Assembly: GCA_018066005.1 (NCBI GenBank)
Contig: JAGHSG010000055.1
Location: forward strand, 1 to 41,435
Direction of reading: 5' to 3'
Source: Bacteroidales bacterium
GTDB lineage: Bacteria > Bacteroidota > Bacteroidia > Bacteroidales > Paludibacteraceae
DNA length: 41,435 bases
The position numbers were made by a program, and so were the translations under genes. Positions 9,134 to 16,694 of the stretch are shown in pieces; within the stretch, counting starts at the first letter, position 1, and the number at the start of each line of letters is the position of its first letter. The notes under the pieces are model-generated. The model had not been told where the DNA came from and ran no database searches. It saw only the letters and a program-made list of their open reading frames with translations.

Positions 9134-11082
9134 ACGTTCTGCTGTGTTTCAAAATGGTTCATCGTATCAATTACCGAAATAGCCGCAGCCACCGAAGGCG
9201 CGTAAGACATACCGCCGTGACCCTTGTAAGGAGGGTTACCGTCGTATAACTCGTTCAGCGTACCTATGCACAACTCACTCATCTCCTGCTCATAACCTAC
9301 CAGCAGACGCTGCATAAAACTGATGCCGCTGTGCTTGTACACGTTCATATAGGCACGCGCGTATGCCGCTATCGTGTAGGGCCATACGGGACCGTTATGG
9401 AAATTGCGGTCACGCTCCAACTGACCGCCTATATAGACCGGTCTGTAACCGCCGCTCTTGGGCGACAACGTACGCAGACCGCGAGGCGTCAGCAACTCCT
9501 TCGTGCATATATCGACCACCGCTTTCTGCTGCTTTCTGTCCAACGGCGAATAAGGCAAGGCGGCCGCCCAAATCATATTCGGACGAACTTCCTTGTCGTG
9601 GTAAGCGTCTATCACGTAGTCATCCAGATAAACACCGTTCCAGAAAGTGCCCACAAAAGCGTCTTTCATCAACTCCGCCTGATAATCCATCAGGTCCGCC
9701 AGGTTATCCTTACCTATCGCACGCATCATCTCCGCCGTGAAGCACATAGCATTGTACCACAACGCGTTTATCTCCACCACATAACCCGTTCGCGGCGTGA
9801 TAGGCCGTCCGTTCTCAACCGCATTCATCCACGTGGCAGGACGGTCACGACCCTCAACCCATACCAGACCGTTACGGTGAACTTGTGCACGGGGATGACG
9901 GTTCTTGCGGTAATAATCCACAATCTGCTTACTGATATCCGCGTACTTACCGGCCGCATCTGCCACCGAGTACTTATGGGCGTATTTCTGGAAAGCCCGC
10001 ACCAACCACAGCAGCGCATCCGGCTCGTCCATACCGTATAACTCGCCATCTACGCGACCCGTCTCCATAAACGTCCGAACCATAGGAACAGCCGTCTCGT
10101 CAATGATGGCCTGCCAGTACTCGGGACGGTCTATGTCTAACGTGCAACTCGGGGTGGCAAAGAACTCGTCACGCGCCGAAGCACCAAACCACGGATAACC
10201 CGCCAACAGATAACACTTGTCCCCGACACGCTTATAGAACTGCGCCGCACTGTTCTTCAGGCACGCAAACATATCCTGTCTCGGCTGACGGCGTAACATC
10301 TCCTTGTCCCACACGGCTTTCAACGTCGTCGGCTTAATCTCACTGATACCCGCACTGAAAATGACACTCTCGCCTTTTTTCATCGGCACTTCAAAATACC
10401 CGGGCACCATCTGGTCCTCCTTGTAGGCAAAGCCACGCTCCTGCTCTTTCTGATACTCGATATCTTTGTACCACTGCGGGTTATGCGTATATGTCACTTT
10501 CTTCGAGAACTGCATAAACAACTCCGGAAACTGCGCATACATCCTGTTCTTCCTGCCGTTAGCCACCTCGTCCATATCCGTGTTGGCATCCCCGTTGGCG
10601 TGCGTCAACTCGTTCACGCTGCGGAAAGCCAGGAAAGGCTGAAAACGCAACACACACGGACTGCCAGCCTCTACCAACGTGTAACGAATCAGTACACGCG
10701 GCTCAAAACTGACCAGCAGACGCTCCTTGGTCAGGATAACACCGCCCACGCGGTAAGTCGTCTTGGCTATCACTTCGCAGTTGAACTCGCGGATATACTT
10801 ATGCCCGTTCGGCATAAACATATTGTTGCCGTACTTGTGCAGACCTAAGTTAAACGCGGCACCATGCTGAATAACCGTCTCGTCCAACGAAGATAACAGC
10901 ACGTAGTTATCTTCACCCAACTCAGGCAAAGGCAATACCAACTGACCGTGGTACTTGCGCGTGTTGCAATCTACCAGCGTCGTCGAGTTATACGTGCCCG
11001 CACGGTTCGTGCGAATCATCTCCTTACTCAGACTACGCTCCAGATTAACCAACAATGTCTTGTCAAAATTCAAATAACTCAT
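9130..11082 (-). CDS. Glycogen debranching enzyme family protein (amylo-alpha-1,6-glucosidase type, GDE_N/GDE_C)
   Basis: 650 aa. The N-terminus (MSYLNFDK...NRAGTYNSTTLVDCNTRKYHGQLV) and an (alpha/alpha)6-like C-terminal half are typical of this family. Confidence 0.85.
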   Translation of the reverse strand: MSYLNFDKTLLVNLERSLSKEMIRTNRAGTYNSTTLVDCNTRKYHGQLVLPLPELGEDNYVLLSSLDETVIQHGAAFNLGLHKYGNNMFMPNGHKYIREFNCEVIAKTTYRVGGVILTKERLLVSFEPRVLIRYTLVEAGSPCVLRFQPFLAFRSVNELTHANGDANTDMDEVANGRKNRMYAQFPELFMQFSKKVTYTHNPQWYKDIEYQKEQERGFAYKEDQMVPGYFEVPMKKGESVIFSAGISEIKPTTLKAVWDKEMLRRQPRQDMFACLKNSAAQFYKRVGDKCYLLAGYPWFGASARDEFFATPSCTLDIDRPEYWQAIIDETAVPMVRTFMETGRVDGELYGMDEPDALLWLVRAFQKYAHKYSVADAAGKYADISKQIVDYYRKNRHPRAQVHRNGLVWVEGRDRPATWMNAVENGRPITPRTGYVVEINALWYNAMCFTAEMMRAIGKDNLADLMDYQAELMKDAFVGTFWNGVYLDDYVIDAYHDKEVRPNMIWAAALPYSPLDRKQQKAVVDICTKELLTPRGLRTLSPKSGGYRPVYIGGQLERDRNFHNGPVWPYTIAAYARAYMNVYKHSGISFMQRLLVGYEQEMSELCIGTLNELYDGNPPYKGHGGMSYAPSVAAAISVIDTMNHFETQQNV

Positions 11083-11097
11083 ATCGTTTTTTACTAA

Positions 11098-11988
11098 CTA
11101 TCTTCCTAAATCCGACCAACCGAAATCCGACATCATAACATACACCGACTTGGCCTTCTCCATCACGCCGTAGTCGATACTTATATTCGGGCAGGTCGGG
11201 AACATATCCTGTATGAACGCCTCCTCCTTATCCGTACCCATACACCACGCACCCTGCTTGAACTTGTCCGCTATCTCCGGCAGGCTACGCGCTATCTCGT
11301 TACCTATCGTGCGCAGGTTCCACAGAAAAATACCCGAGTTCCACAAGAACTCGCCACTCTGATAGAACACCTTGGCCAAGTCGCTATCCGGCTTCTCCGT
11401 AAAAGTCTTCACCTTACGCAATGTCCCATCGCCCTGCTCCATCTGGATATAGCCATAACCCGTCGCGGGACGCGTCGGTTGCATACCTAAGGTCAGTAAC
11501 GTGTCGTGCTCACCCACAAAAGCCAACCCCTCACGTATCACGTTCTTAAAAACATCTTCCTGCATAATCCGGTGATCCGACGGCGTCACTACCATACTCA
11601 CGTTCAACCGCTCGTCGTTCCAATCCACCTCTTCACCTTCACGCATCGGACGACCGAAGACTTGCTCAAACACCATACTCCGTATCCGGGCCACCGCATA
11701 CGCTATGCACGGTGCCGTGTTGCGACGGGTCGGCTCCCATAATATCTGATGCGGCGACAGGTCCGGCAGTTGCTCCATAATAATATCCTTGTATAGCACA
11801 TTCGTCACCAGCAGCAGATGCTCTTCCGGTACAACCTCGCGAAAAAGGTCCACCGTCATCTGCAAGGGCGAACGACCCGTTCCGAATACATCCAAGAACT
11901 GCTTGGGACGCTCGATTCGGCTGAATGGCCAAAAACGTCTCCCCGCTCCCCCGGCCATAATAACGCAATAATTGTCTGTCTTTTTCAT
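11098..11988 (-). CDS. Sugar-1-phosphate nucleotidyltransferase (mannose-1-phosphate guanylyltransferase-like, N-terminal domain only)
   Basis: It carries the MAGGAGRRFWPFSR nucleotide-binding motif. I moved the start to MKKTDNY at 11988, because the longer ORF (to 12018) would cover the promoter box. The protein ends right after ...GWSDLGR. Confidence 0.8.
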   Translation of the reverse strand: MKKTDNYCVIMAGGAGRRFWPFSRIERPKQFLDVFGTGRSPLQMTVDLFREVVPEEHLLLVTNVLYKDIIMEQLPDLSPHQILWEPTRRNTAPCIAYAVARIRSMVFEQVFGRPMREGEEVDWNDERLNVSMVVTPSDHRIMQEDVFKNVIREGLAFVGEHDTLLTLGMQPTRPATGYGYIQMEQGDGTLRKVKTFTEKPDSDLAKVFYQSGEFLWNSGIFLWNLRTIGNEIARSLPEIADKFKQGAWCMGTDKEEAFIQDMFPTCPNISIDYGVMEKAKSVYVMMSDFGWSDLGR

Positions 11989-12007
11989 GATTTTTCGAAT
12001 TAGCGTG

Positions 12008-12015
12008 CAAATATA
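12008..12015 (-). promoter_or_regulatory. Candidate -7 box for the 11988-1909 operon
   Basis: The minus strand reads TATATTTG, which matches TAnnTTTG. The -33 position is only CTTG. Confidence 0.4.
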
Positions 12016-12075
12016 CAACTTTTATTTCATATATGCAAGCGCGCGCGTGATTTTTTTCATTTAGTACCCAAAAAA

Positions 12076-12107
12076 TTTGCACAAAAAATATATTTTCCTT
12101 ACCTTTG
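12076..12107 (+). promoter_or_regulatory. Bacteroides-type promoter for the GldD-like / pcrB / tadA / dusB block
   Basis: TTTG lies at 12076-12079 and TACCTTTG at 12100-12107, with 20-nt spacing. Confidence 0.65.
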
Positions 12108-12113
12108 CACAAC

Positions 12114-12172
12114 CATCAATGCGCAAAGCGCACATCAATTGCCGTCAGGCAACCATCCATGCGCAAAGCGCA
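12114..12172 (+). repeat. Three tandem mini-hairpins with CAUCAA-type linkers filling the 5' UTR
   Basis: The hairpins are TGCGC-AAA-GCGCA (12120-12132), TTGCC-GTCA-GGCAA (12139-12152) and TGCGC-AAA-GCGCA (12160-12172). Each is preceded by CATCAA or CATCCA. CCAACAATG with the start codon follows. Confidence 0.9.
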
Positions 12173-12178
12173 CCAACA

Positions 12179-12769
12179 ATGAAAAAACTTGTTTTTTCAA
12201 TATCAATCCTCGCCCTGCTGCTCTCCTGCACCCGTCCCGCTACGCCCAAGGAGTACGGCTACTTCCGCATCGCCCTCCCCCCACACGAATACATCAATTC
12301 GCAAAGCGAACCAACAATGCGCAGAGCGCAACAACAATTGCCAAAGGCAAGCATCAATTATCAACTGTCAACTGCCGCGCAGTTGCAGCCGCTGGACTCC
12401 CCCGGCTGGTTCAACATCCACTACCCCACTCTCAACGCCACCATACACTGCTCATATATGCCTGTGCATAACAACCTCAAAAGTCTTATCGACGACTCCG
12501 AAGAGTTCGTCTATTCACATACCGTCAAGGCGTCCGCCATACCCGAACAGGCGTACAGCGACCCCGTCAACCGCGTCTATGGCGTCTATTACGAACTTGA
12601 AGGCAACACGGCTACACCCGCCCAGTTCTGGGTAACCGACTCCACACGCCATTTTTTCCGCGCGTCCGTCTATATAGACTGCATACCCAATCAGGACTCT
12701 CTCGCACCCGTCATCGACTACCTGCAAACGGACTGCCGGGTACTCATCGAATCACTACGCTGGCAATGA
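12179..12769 (+). CDS. Lipoprotein, tentatively GldD-like
   Basis: A lipobox (ILALLLSC) follows MKKLVFS. The PKEYGYFRIALPPHEY segment resembles my recollection of the GldD N-terminus. I placed the start at 12179 because the ORF-track start at 12077 lies upstream of the -7 box. Confidence 0.6.
   Translation: MKKLVFSISILALLLSCTRPATPKEYGYFRIALPPHEYINSQSEPTMRRAQQQLPKASINYQLSTAAQLQPLDSPGWFNIHYPTLNATIHCSYMPVHNNLKSLIDDSEEFVYSHTVKASAIPEQAYSDPVNRVYGVYYELEGNTATPAQFWVTDSTRHFFRASVYIDCIPNQDSLAPVIDYLQTDCRVLIESLRWQ
12292..12385 (+). repeat. A second mini-hairpin array of the same design, in frame inside the GldD-like CDS
   Basis: The hairpins are TTCGC-AAA-GCGAA (12298-12310), TGCGC-AGA-GCGCA (12318-12330) and TTGCC-AAA-GGCAA (12338-12350), at a 20-nt period with CATCAA/CAACAA linkers. 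CAACTG-CCGCG-CAGTTG follows at 12369-12385. The array encodes INSQSEPTMRRAQQQLPKASIN... Confidence 0.9.
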
Positions 12770-13461
12770 ACATCCTTGAATACATACGGACCAAACAACA
12801 GATGCACCAACACATGCTCGCCGTCTTACTCGACCCCGAGCATCCTATTCCTTTTCCCAAAGGCGAACTCGACGCGGCCGACCTCATCCTCGTCGGGGGC
12901 AGCACAGGCGGCATTTCCCCTGATTTCATCGGACAAATACGCAGTCTGACCCGCCGCCCTGTCGTCCTCTTCCCGGGCAACCCGCAGCAGTTCACGCCGC
13001 AGGCGGATGCGCTCCTCTTCCTCTCCGTCCTCTCGTCCCGCAATGCCGACTTACTCGTCGGGCAGCAGATAGCCGCAGCAGCCACCATCCAAGCGTCCGG
13101 CATAGAGACTATCCCTATGGGTTATATACTTATCGACGGCGGCAAGGACACCGCTGTCCTGCGCGCCTCGCACTCCACACCCCTGTCCCAGTCCGATATA
13201 CCAACCATCGTCAGCACCGCACTCGCGGGACAGATGATGGGTAAACAGCTTATCTATCTCGAAGCCGGATCAGGTGCCAAAACGCCTGTATCCATCGACA
13301 TAATACGTGCTGTCCGCAGCGTCCTCTCCATCCCCCTTATCGTCGGTGGCGGCATCACCACACCCGACGCTATGAAAGCCGCTTTCCGCGCCGGTGCCGA
13401 CATAGTCGTCATCGGTAACCACTTCGAGCACCACCCCGAACAACTCCCCCTTTTCTGCTAA
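12766..13461 (+). CDS. pcrB: Geranylgeranylglyceryl / heptaprenylglyceryl phosphate synthase family protein (PcrB-like)
   Basis: 231 aa with a TIM-barrel pattern and the YLEAGSGA and IVGGGI phosphate-binding motifs. It overlaps the upstream gene by 4 nt. Confidence 0.85.
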   Translation: MNILEYIRTKQQMHQHMLAVLLDPEHPIPFPKGELDAADLILVGGSTGGISPDFIGQIRSLTRRPVVLFPGNPQQFTPQADALLFLSVLSSRNADLLVGQQIAAAATIQASGIETIPMGYILIDGGKDTAVLRASHSTPLSQSDIPTIVSTALAGQMMGKQLIYLEAGSGAKTPVSIDIIRAVRSVLSIPLIVGGGITTPDAMKAAFRAGADIVVIGNHFEHHPEQLPLFC

Positions 13462-13473
13462 CCCCCTCTGTCT

Positions 13474-13908
13474 ATGACCGAAGATGAAAAATATATGACT
13501 CTCGCCCTCGCCGAAGCCGAACAGGCTCGGCAGCGCAACGAAGTACCTATCGGATGCGTCATCGTCTGCCAAGGGCAGATAGTAGGACGGGGACATAACC
13601 TCACCGAGACCCTACAGGACGTCACCGCACATGCCGAGATACAGGCTATCACGGCAGCCGCGCAGACGCTGGGCGGCAAATACCTCACCGACTGTACCCT
13701 CTATGTCACCGTCGAACCCTGTGTCATGTGTGCCAGCGCTATCGGCTGGGCACAGGTGCCGCGACTCGTCTATGGAGCACCCGACACCAAACGCGGCTAC
13801 ACGCTCTTTGCTCCGCAAGCCCTGCACCCCAAATGTACCGTCACCGCCGGCATCCTCGCCCCCGCCTGCTCCCAACTCATCTCCACCTTCTTCACCTCCA
13901 AACGCTAA
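13474..13908 (+). CDS. tadA: tRNA adenosine(34) deaminase
   Basis: 144 aa with the HAE and PCVMC zinc-binding motifs. Confidence 0.93.
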   Translation: MTEDEKYMTLALAEAEQARQRNEVPIGCVIVCQGQIVGRGHNLTETLQDVTAHAEIQAITAAAQTLGGKYLTDCTLYVTVEPCVMCASAIGWAQVPRLVYGAPDTKRGYTLFAPQALHPKCTVTAGILAPACSQLISTFFTSKR

Positions 13909-13911
13909 ACT

Positions 13912-14910
13912 ATGCTCTACCTCGCTCCCATGGAAGATGTTACGGACCCCGCTTTCCGTATGTTATGCAAACGTTTCGGTGCCGACCGTGTCTATACCGA
14001 GTTCGTCAATGCCGACGCACTCGTACGCGATGTCAACGCCGCTACGCGTAAACTTACCATATCCGATGCCGAGCGACCCGTGGCTATTCAGATATATGGA
14101 CGCGATGCCGACTCGATGGCGGAAGCGGCACGTATCGTCGAACAGGCACGGCCGGATTTTATTGATATCAACTTCGGCTGCCCCGTCAAAAAAGTCGCCG
14201 GCAAAGGTGCCGGAGCCGGACTCCTACGCGACGTGCCGCGTATGCTTGACATAACACGCGCCGTAGTCAATGCCGTCTCTATACCCGTCACCGCCAAGAC
14301 ACGACTCGGATGGGATGCCGACCACCTCATCATCGTCGATCTCGCCGAAGCGCTCCAGGACTGCGGCATACGCGAGTTGGCTATACACGGACGGACACGC
14401 GCACAGATGTACACAGGCGAAGCCGACTGGACACTCATCGGAGCCGTTAAGAACAACCCCCGCATGCACATCCCTATCATCGGCAACGGCGATGTCACCA
14501 CACCCCAACGCGCCAAGGAGTGCTTCGACCGCTACGGCGTCGATGCCATCATGATCGGACGCGCCACCTTCGGCTGCCCCTGGATCTTCTCCGACATAAA
14601 GTCCTACCTCACCGGTTCCCCGATTCACCGATTCACCGATTCACCGATTCCACGCACAATGCAATGGTGCGTCTCCATCCTCAAAGAGCATGTCGAGCGT
14701 TCCATCGAGTGGATAGGTGATGAGCGGAAAGGTATCGTGCATAGTCGCCGCCACTTTGCCAACAGTCCCGTCTTCAAAGGGTTGTACGACTTCAAGCAGA
14801 CCCGCATAGCCCTCCTCCGCGCCGAGACCAAAGACGAAGTCTTCTCCATCATGGATGACATCGTCTCCCGCTGGTCCCCCGCCTACAACGAGAATCTAAA
14901 CAACAGATGA
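13912..14910 (+). CDS. dusB: tRNA dihydrouridine synthase
   Basis: 332 aa with Dus motifs LAPMEDVTD, DINFGCP, IHGRTR and GNGD. An octamer-repeat insertion lies between the barrel and the C-terminal domain. Confidence 0.92.
   Translation: MLYLAPMEDVTDPAFRMLCKRFGADRVYTEFVNADALVRDVNAATRKLTISDAERPVAIQIYGRDADSMAEAARIVEQARPDFIDINFGCPVKKVAGKGAGAGLLRDVPRMLDITRAVVNAVSIPVTAKTRLGWDADHLIIVDLAEALQDCGIRELAIHGRTRAQMYTGEADWTLIGAVKNNPRMHIPIIGNGDVTTPQRAKECFDRYGVDAIMIGRATFGCPWIFSDIKSYLTGSPIHRFTDSPIPRTMQWCVSILKEHVERSIEWIGDERKGIVHSRRHFANSPVFKGLYDFKQTRIALLRAETKDEVFSIMDDIVSRWSPAYNENLNNR
14612..14651 (+). repeat. Octanucleotide tandem repeat (CCGATTCA) inside dusB
   Basis: The units are CCGGTTCC (degenerate), CCGATTCA three times (14620-14643) and CCGATTCC. 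Together they encode SPIHRFTDSPIP. Confidence 0.95.
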
Positions 14911-16694
14911 ACATCTGTCCGATTGCGTTGTTGGCTTTCCCATTGCGGATGATAAACGACTTCACTAACTTTCAAATAAACAGATAACCAGTCTTTTATT
15001 TTATATCTCATATTGAGATAACATAATCCTCCACGGCCATAGACGGCCCGATTAGTGGAAGCATAGAGGACATCGTTTTCATACACATATACGCGATTAT
15101 CCCAATTACGAATATCAAATCCTTGCAGACGCAGTTGCAGGGTAATTGGCACTTGATTGAACGTATAACAGATATCTTGATATACACTCACGCCCCATGT
15201 CAGTGCCGTTGAATCACCTTTTACCAACGAACCGTCCACTTGCGTGCGCAAATGCCATCCGGCATCTTCCCAAGTATATTGATAACGAAGCGAATAGGTA
15301 TTTTTTTCACCTTTACGTTTAGCACGGAATTTCCAAAGCATATTCATTTGGGAAGTCGTTTCATATTCCGCTTGCGCAAAAACGTCCCATCCTGTGCTCG
15401 GGTGATGAATTCCATACTTAACATCGGCAAAACGGAAACCGTCGGCATAAAGGGAGAATATCCATTTAGGTACTAAACGAATCTCTGTACCAATGAATAG
15501 ACCATTTTCATCATTCACCTTGGTTGATTCGGCAAAAGCATACGCGTAACGATTGTGATACGTAGGCGAGAAATAGCGATATTGTACCAAAAAAGATAAA
15601 TCCTGAATAGGTGTAACACGCAGTCCCAGCAACGTGGCAACGCCCCAACGGGAAGCGGAAGTCTGCCGATTTGTCCCTGCATCATACGAGGCTGCCACCT
15701 CACCAAAGACATCCCATTTGCCTTTTACGAATCGACCATTCACGCCAAAAGATGTATAAGTAGAATCGGTGTGATAAATATCTTCCAACACGGTCAAGCC
15801 AACCTGAAAACAATGCCCGCGATAAGTGGTGTTCAGTCCTGCCACGTGATGCCATAAGGTCTTCTCTTTACGCAGTGAATACAATGTCGTTATATCCACC
15901 GGGCCAAAATTAAGCGTCGCTGCCACGCCATGCAAATAATCGTAGGAAGGACTGACTGATGAATATTTTTTAACACCTTCTGTCCCGTTGGACGTTGTCA
16001 AGAAATAAGCGCTCTTGCCGCGATGAACGGTTTGACCAAGGACTAACCCCTGCCCAAACTGCCCCTCAAAATTACCCAAAACCAGTGTTTTAACATGAGG
16101 TATCAAATCACGCACCTGAATATATCCGCCGTAATTCAATTCTTTCCAGGGTTGATTGGGTGCACGCAAGACAGTAAAGCCGGCTTGCACCTTGTTCCGA
16201 TAATTAAAACGATAACGCCAATTGGCATAAACAGGATCACCCGTAAAATTCTCCGCATTGCGCACATCGGTTCGGAGTGTTAATTCATGATTGGCATAAC
16301 GAAATATATCTTTCGGGTAAAAAGTGTCCTTTTCATCGGACTTCTCGGCTACTAAGAAGTACGATAAATTACGAATTTCATAATCCCGCAAAGAAGAGAT
16401 TAACTGCAATTCGCAAATATCTGCCATCGGGTGCTTGTCCACATAATACAGAATGTCATCAATCTGCATAGGCGACAGGAAGCGTAAGCGTTGCAAATCT
16501 TCAACGGATACGGTGTTTATATTCATTTTATGCTGATGCAATTCATATAAATCTTGCGATAAATCTTCCCAGTCGGTAGTTATTCCTTCTTCCGCCAACG
16601 ATTCATAAATATCTGCAAGAATATCTTCTACCGATTGAGCATACAGCACTACCGGTAAACAACAAAGCAATATGAATAGGGTTATTTTTTTCAC
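14883..16694 (-). CDS. Outer-membrane beta-barrel protein with an N-terminal ComEA-like helix-hairpin-helix domain
   Basis: 603 aa with a signal peptide. The segment NINTVSVEDLQRLRFLSPMQIDDILYYV matches the HhH pattern N-I-N-T-A-s-x-E-x-L. The rest is an aromatic-rich strand pattern. Its 3' end overlaps the dusB 3' end by 28 nt (convergent). Confidence 0.8.
   Translation of the reverse strand: MKKITLFILLCCLPVVLYAQSVEDILADIYESLAEEGITTDWEDLSQDLYELHQHKMNINTVSVEDLQRLRFLSPMQIDDILYYVDKHPMADICELQLISSLRDYEIRNLSYFLVAEKSDEKDTFYPKDIFRYANHELTLRTDVRNAENFTGDPVYANWRYRFNYRNKVQAGFTVLRAPNQPWKELNYGGYIQVRDLIPHVKTLVLGNFEGQFGQGLVLGQTVHRGKSAYFLTTSNGTEGVKKYSSVSPSYDYLHGVAATLNFGPVDITTLYSLRKEKTLWHHVAGLNTTYRGHCFQVGLTVLEDIYHTDSTYTSFGVNGRFVKGKWDVFGEVAASYDAGTNRQTSASRWGVATLLGLRVTPIQDLSFLVQYRYFSPTYHNRYAYAFAESTKVNDENGLFIGTEIRLVPKWIFSLYADGFRFADVKYGIHHPSTGWDVFAQAEYETTSQMNMLWKFRAKRKGEKNTYSLRYQYTWEDAGWHLRTQVDGSLVKGDSTALTWGVSVYQDICYTFNQVPITLQLRLQGFDIRNWDNRVYVYENDVLYASTNRAVYGRGGLCYLNMRYKIKDWLSVYLKVSEVVYHPQWESQQRNRTDVHLLFRFSL

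Noticed and set aside
12077-12178. N-terminal extension of the GldD-like ORF (track start at 12077). The same issue applies to the extensions to 12018 for the nucleotidyltransferase and to 17548 for the PorP-like gene.
   Set aside because: The extensions run through the predicted -33/-7 promoter boxes and the hairpin array, or through the divergent promoters. Downstream methionines give canonical MKK-type signal or lipoprotein N-termini.
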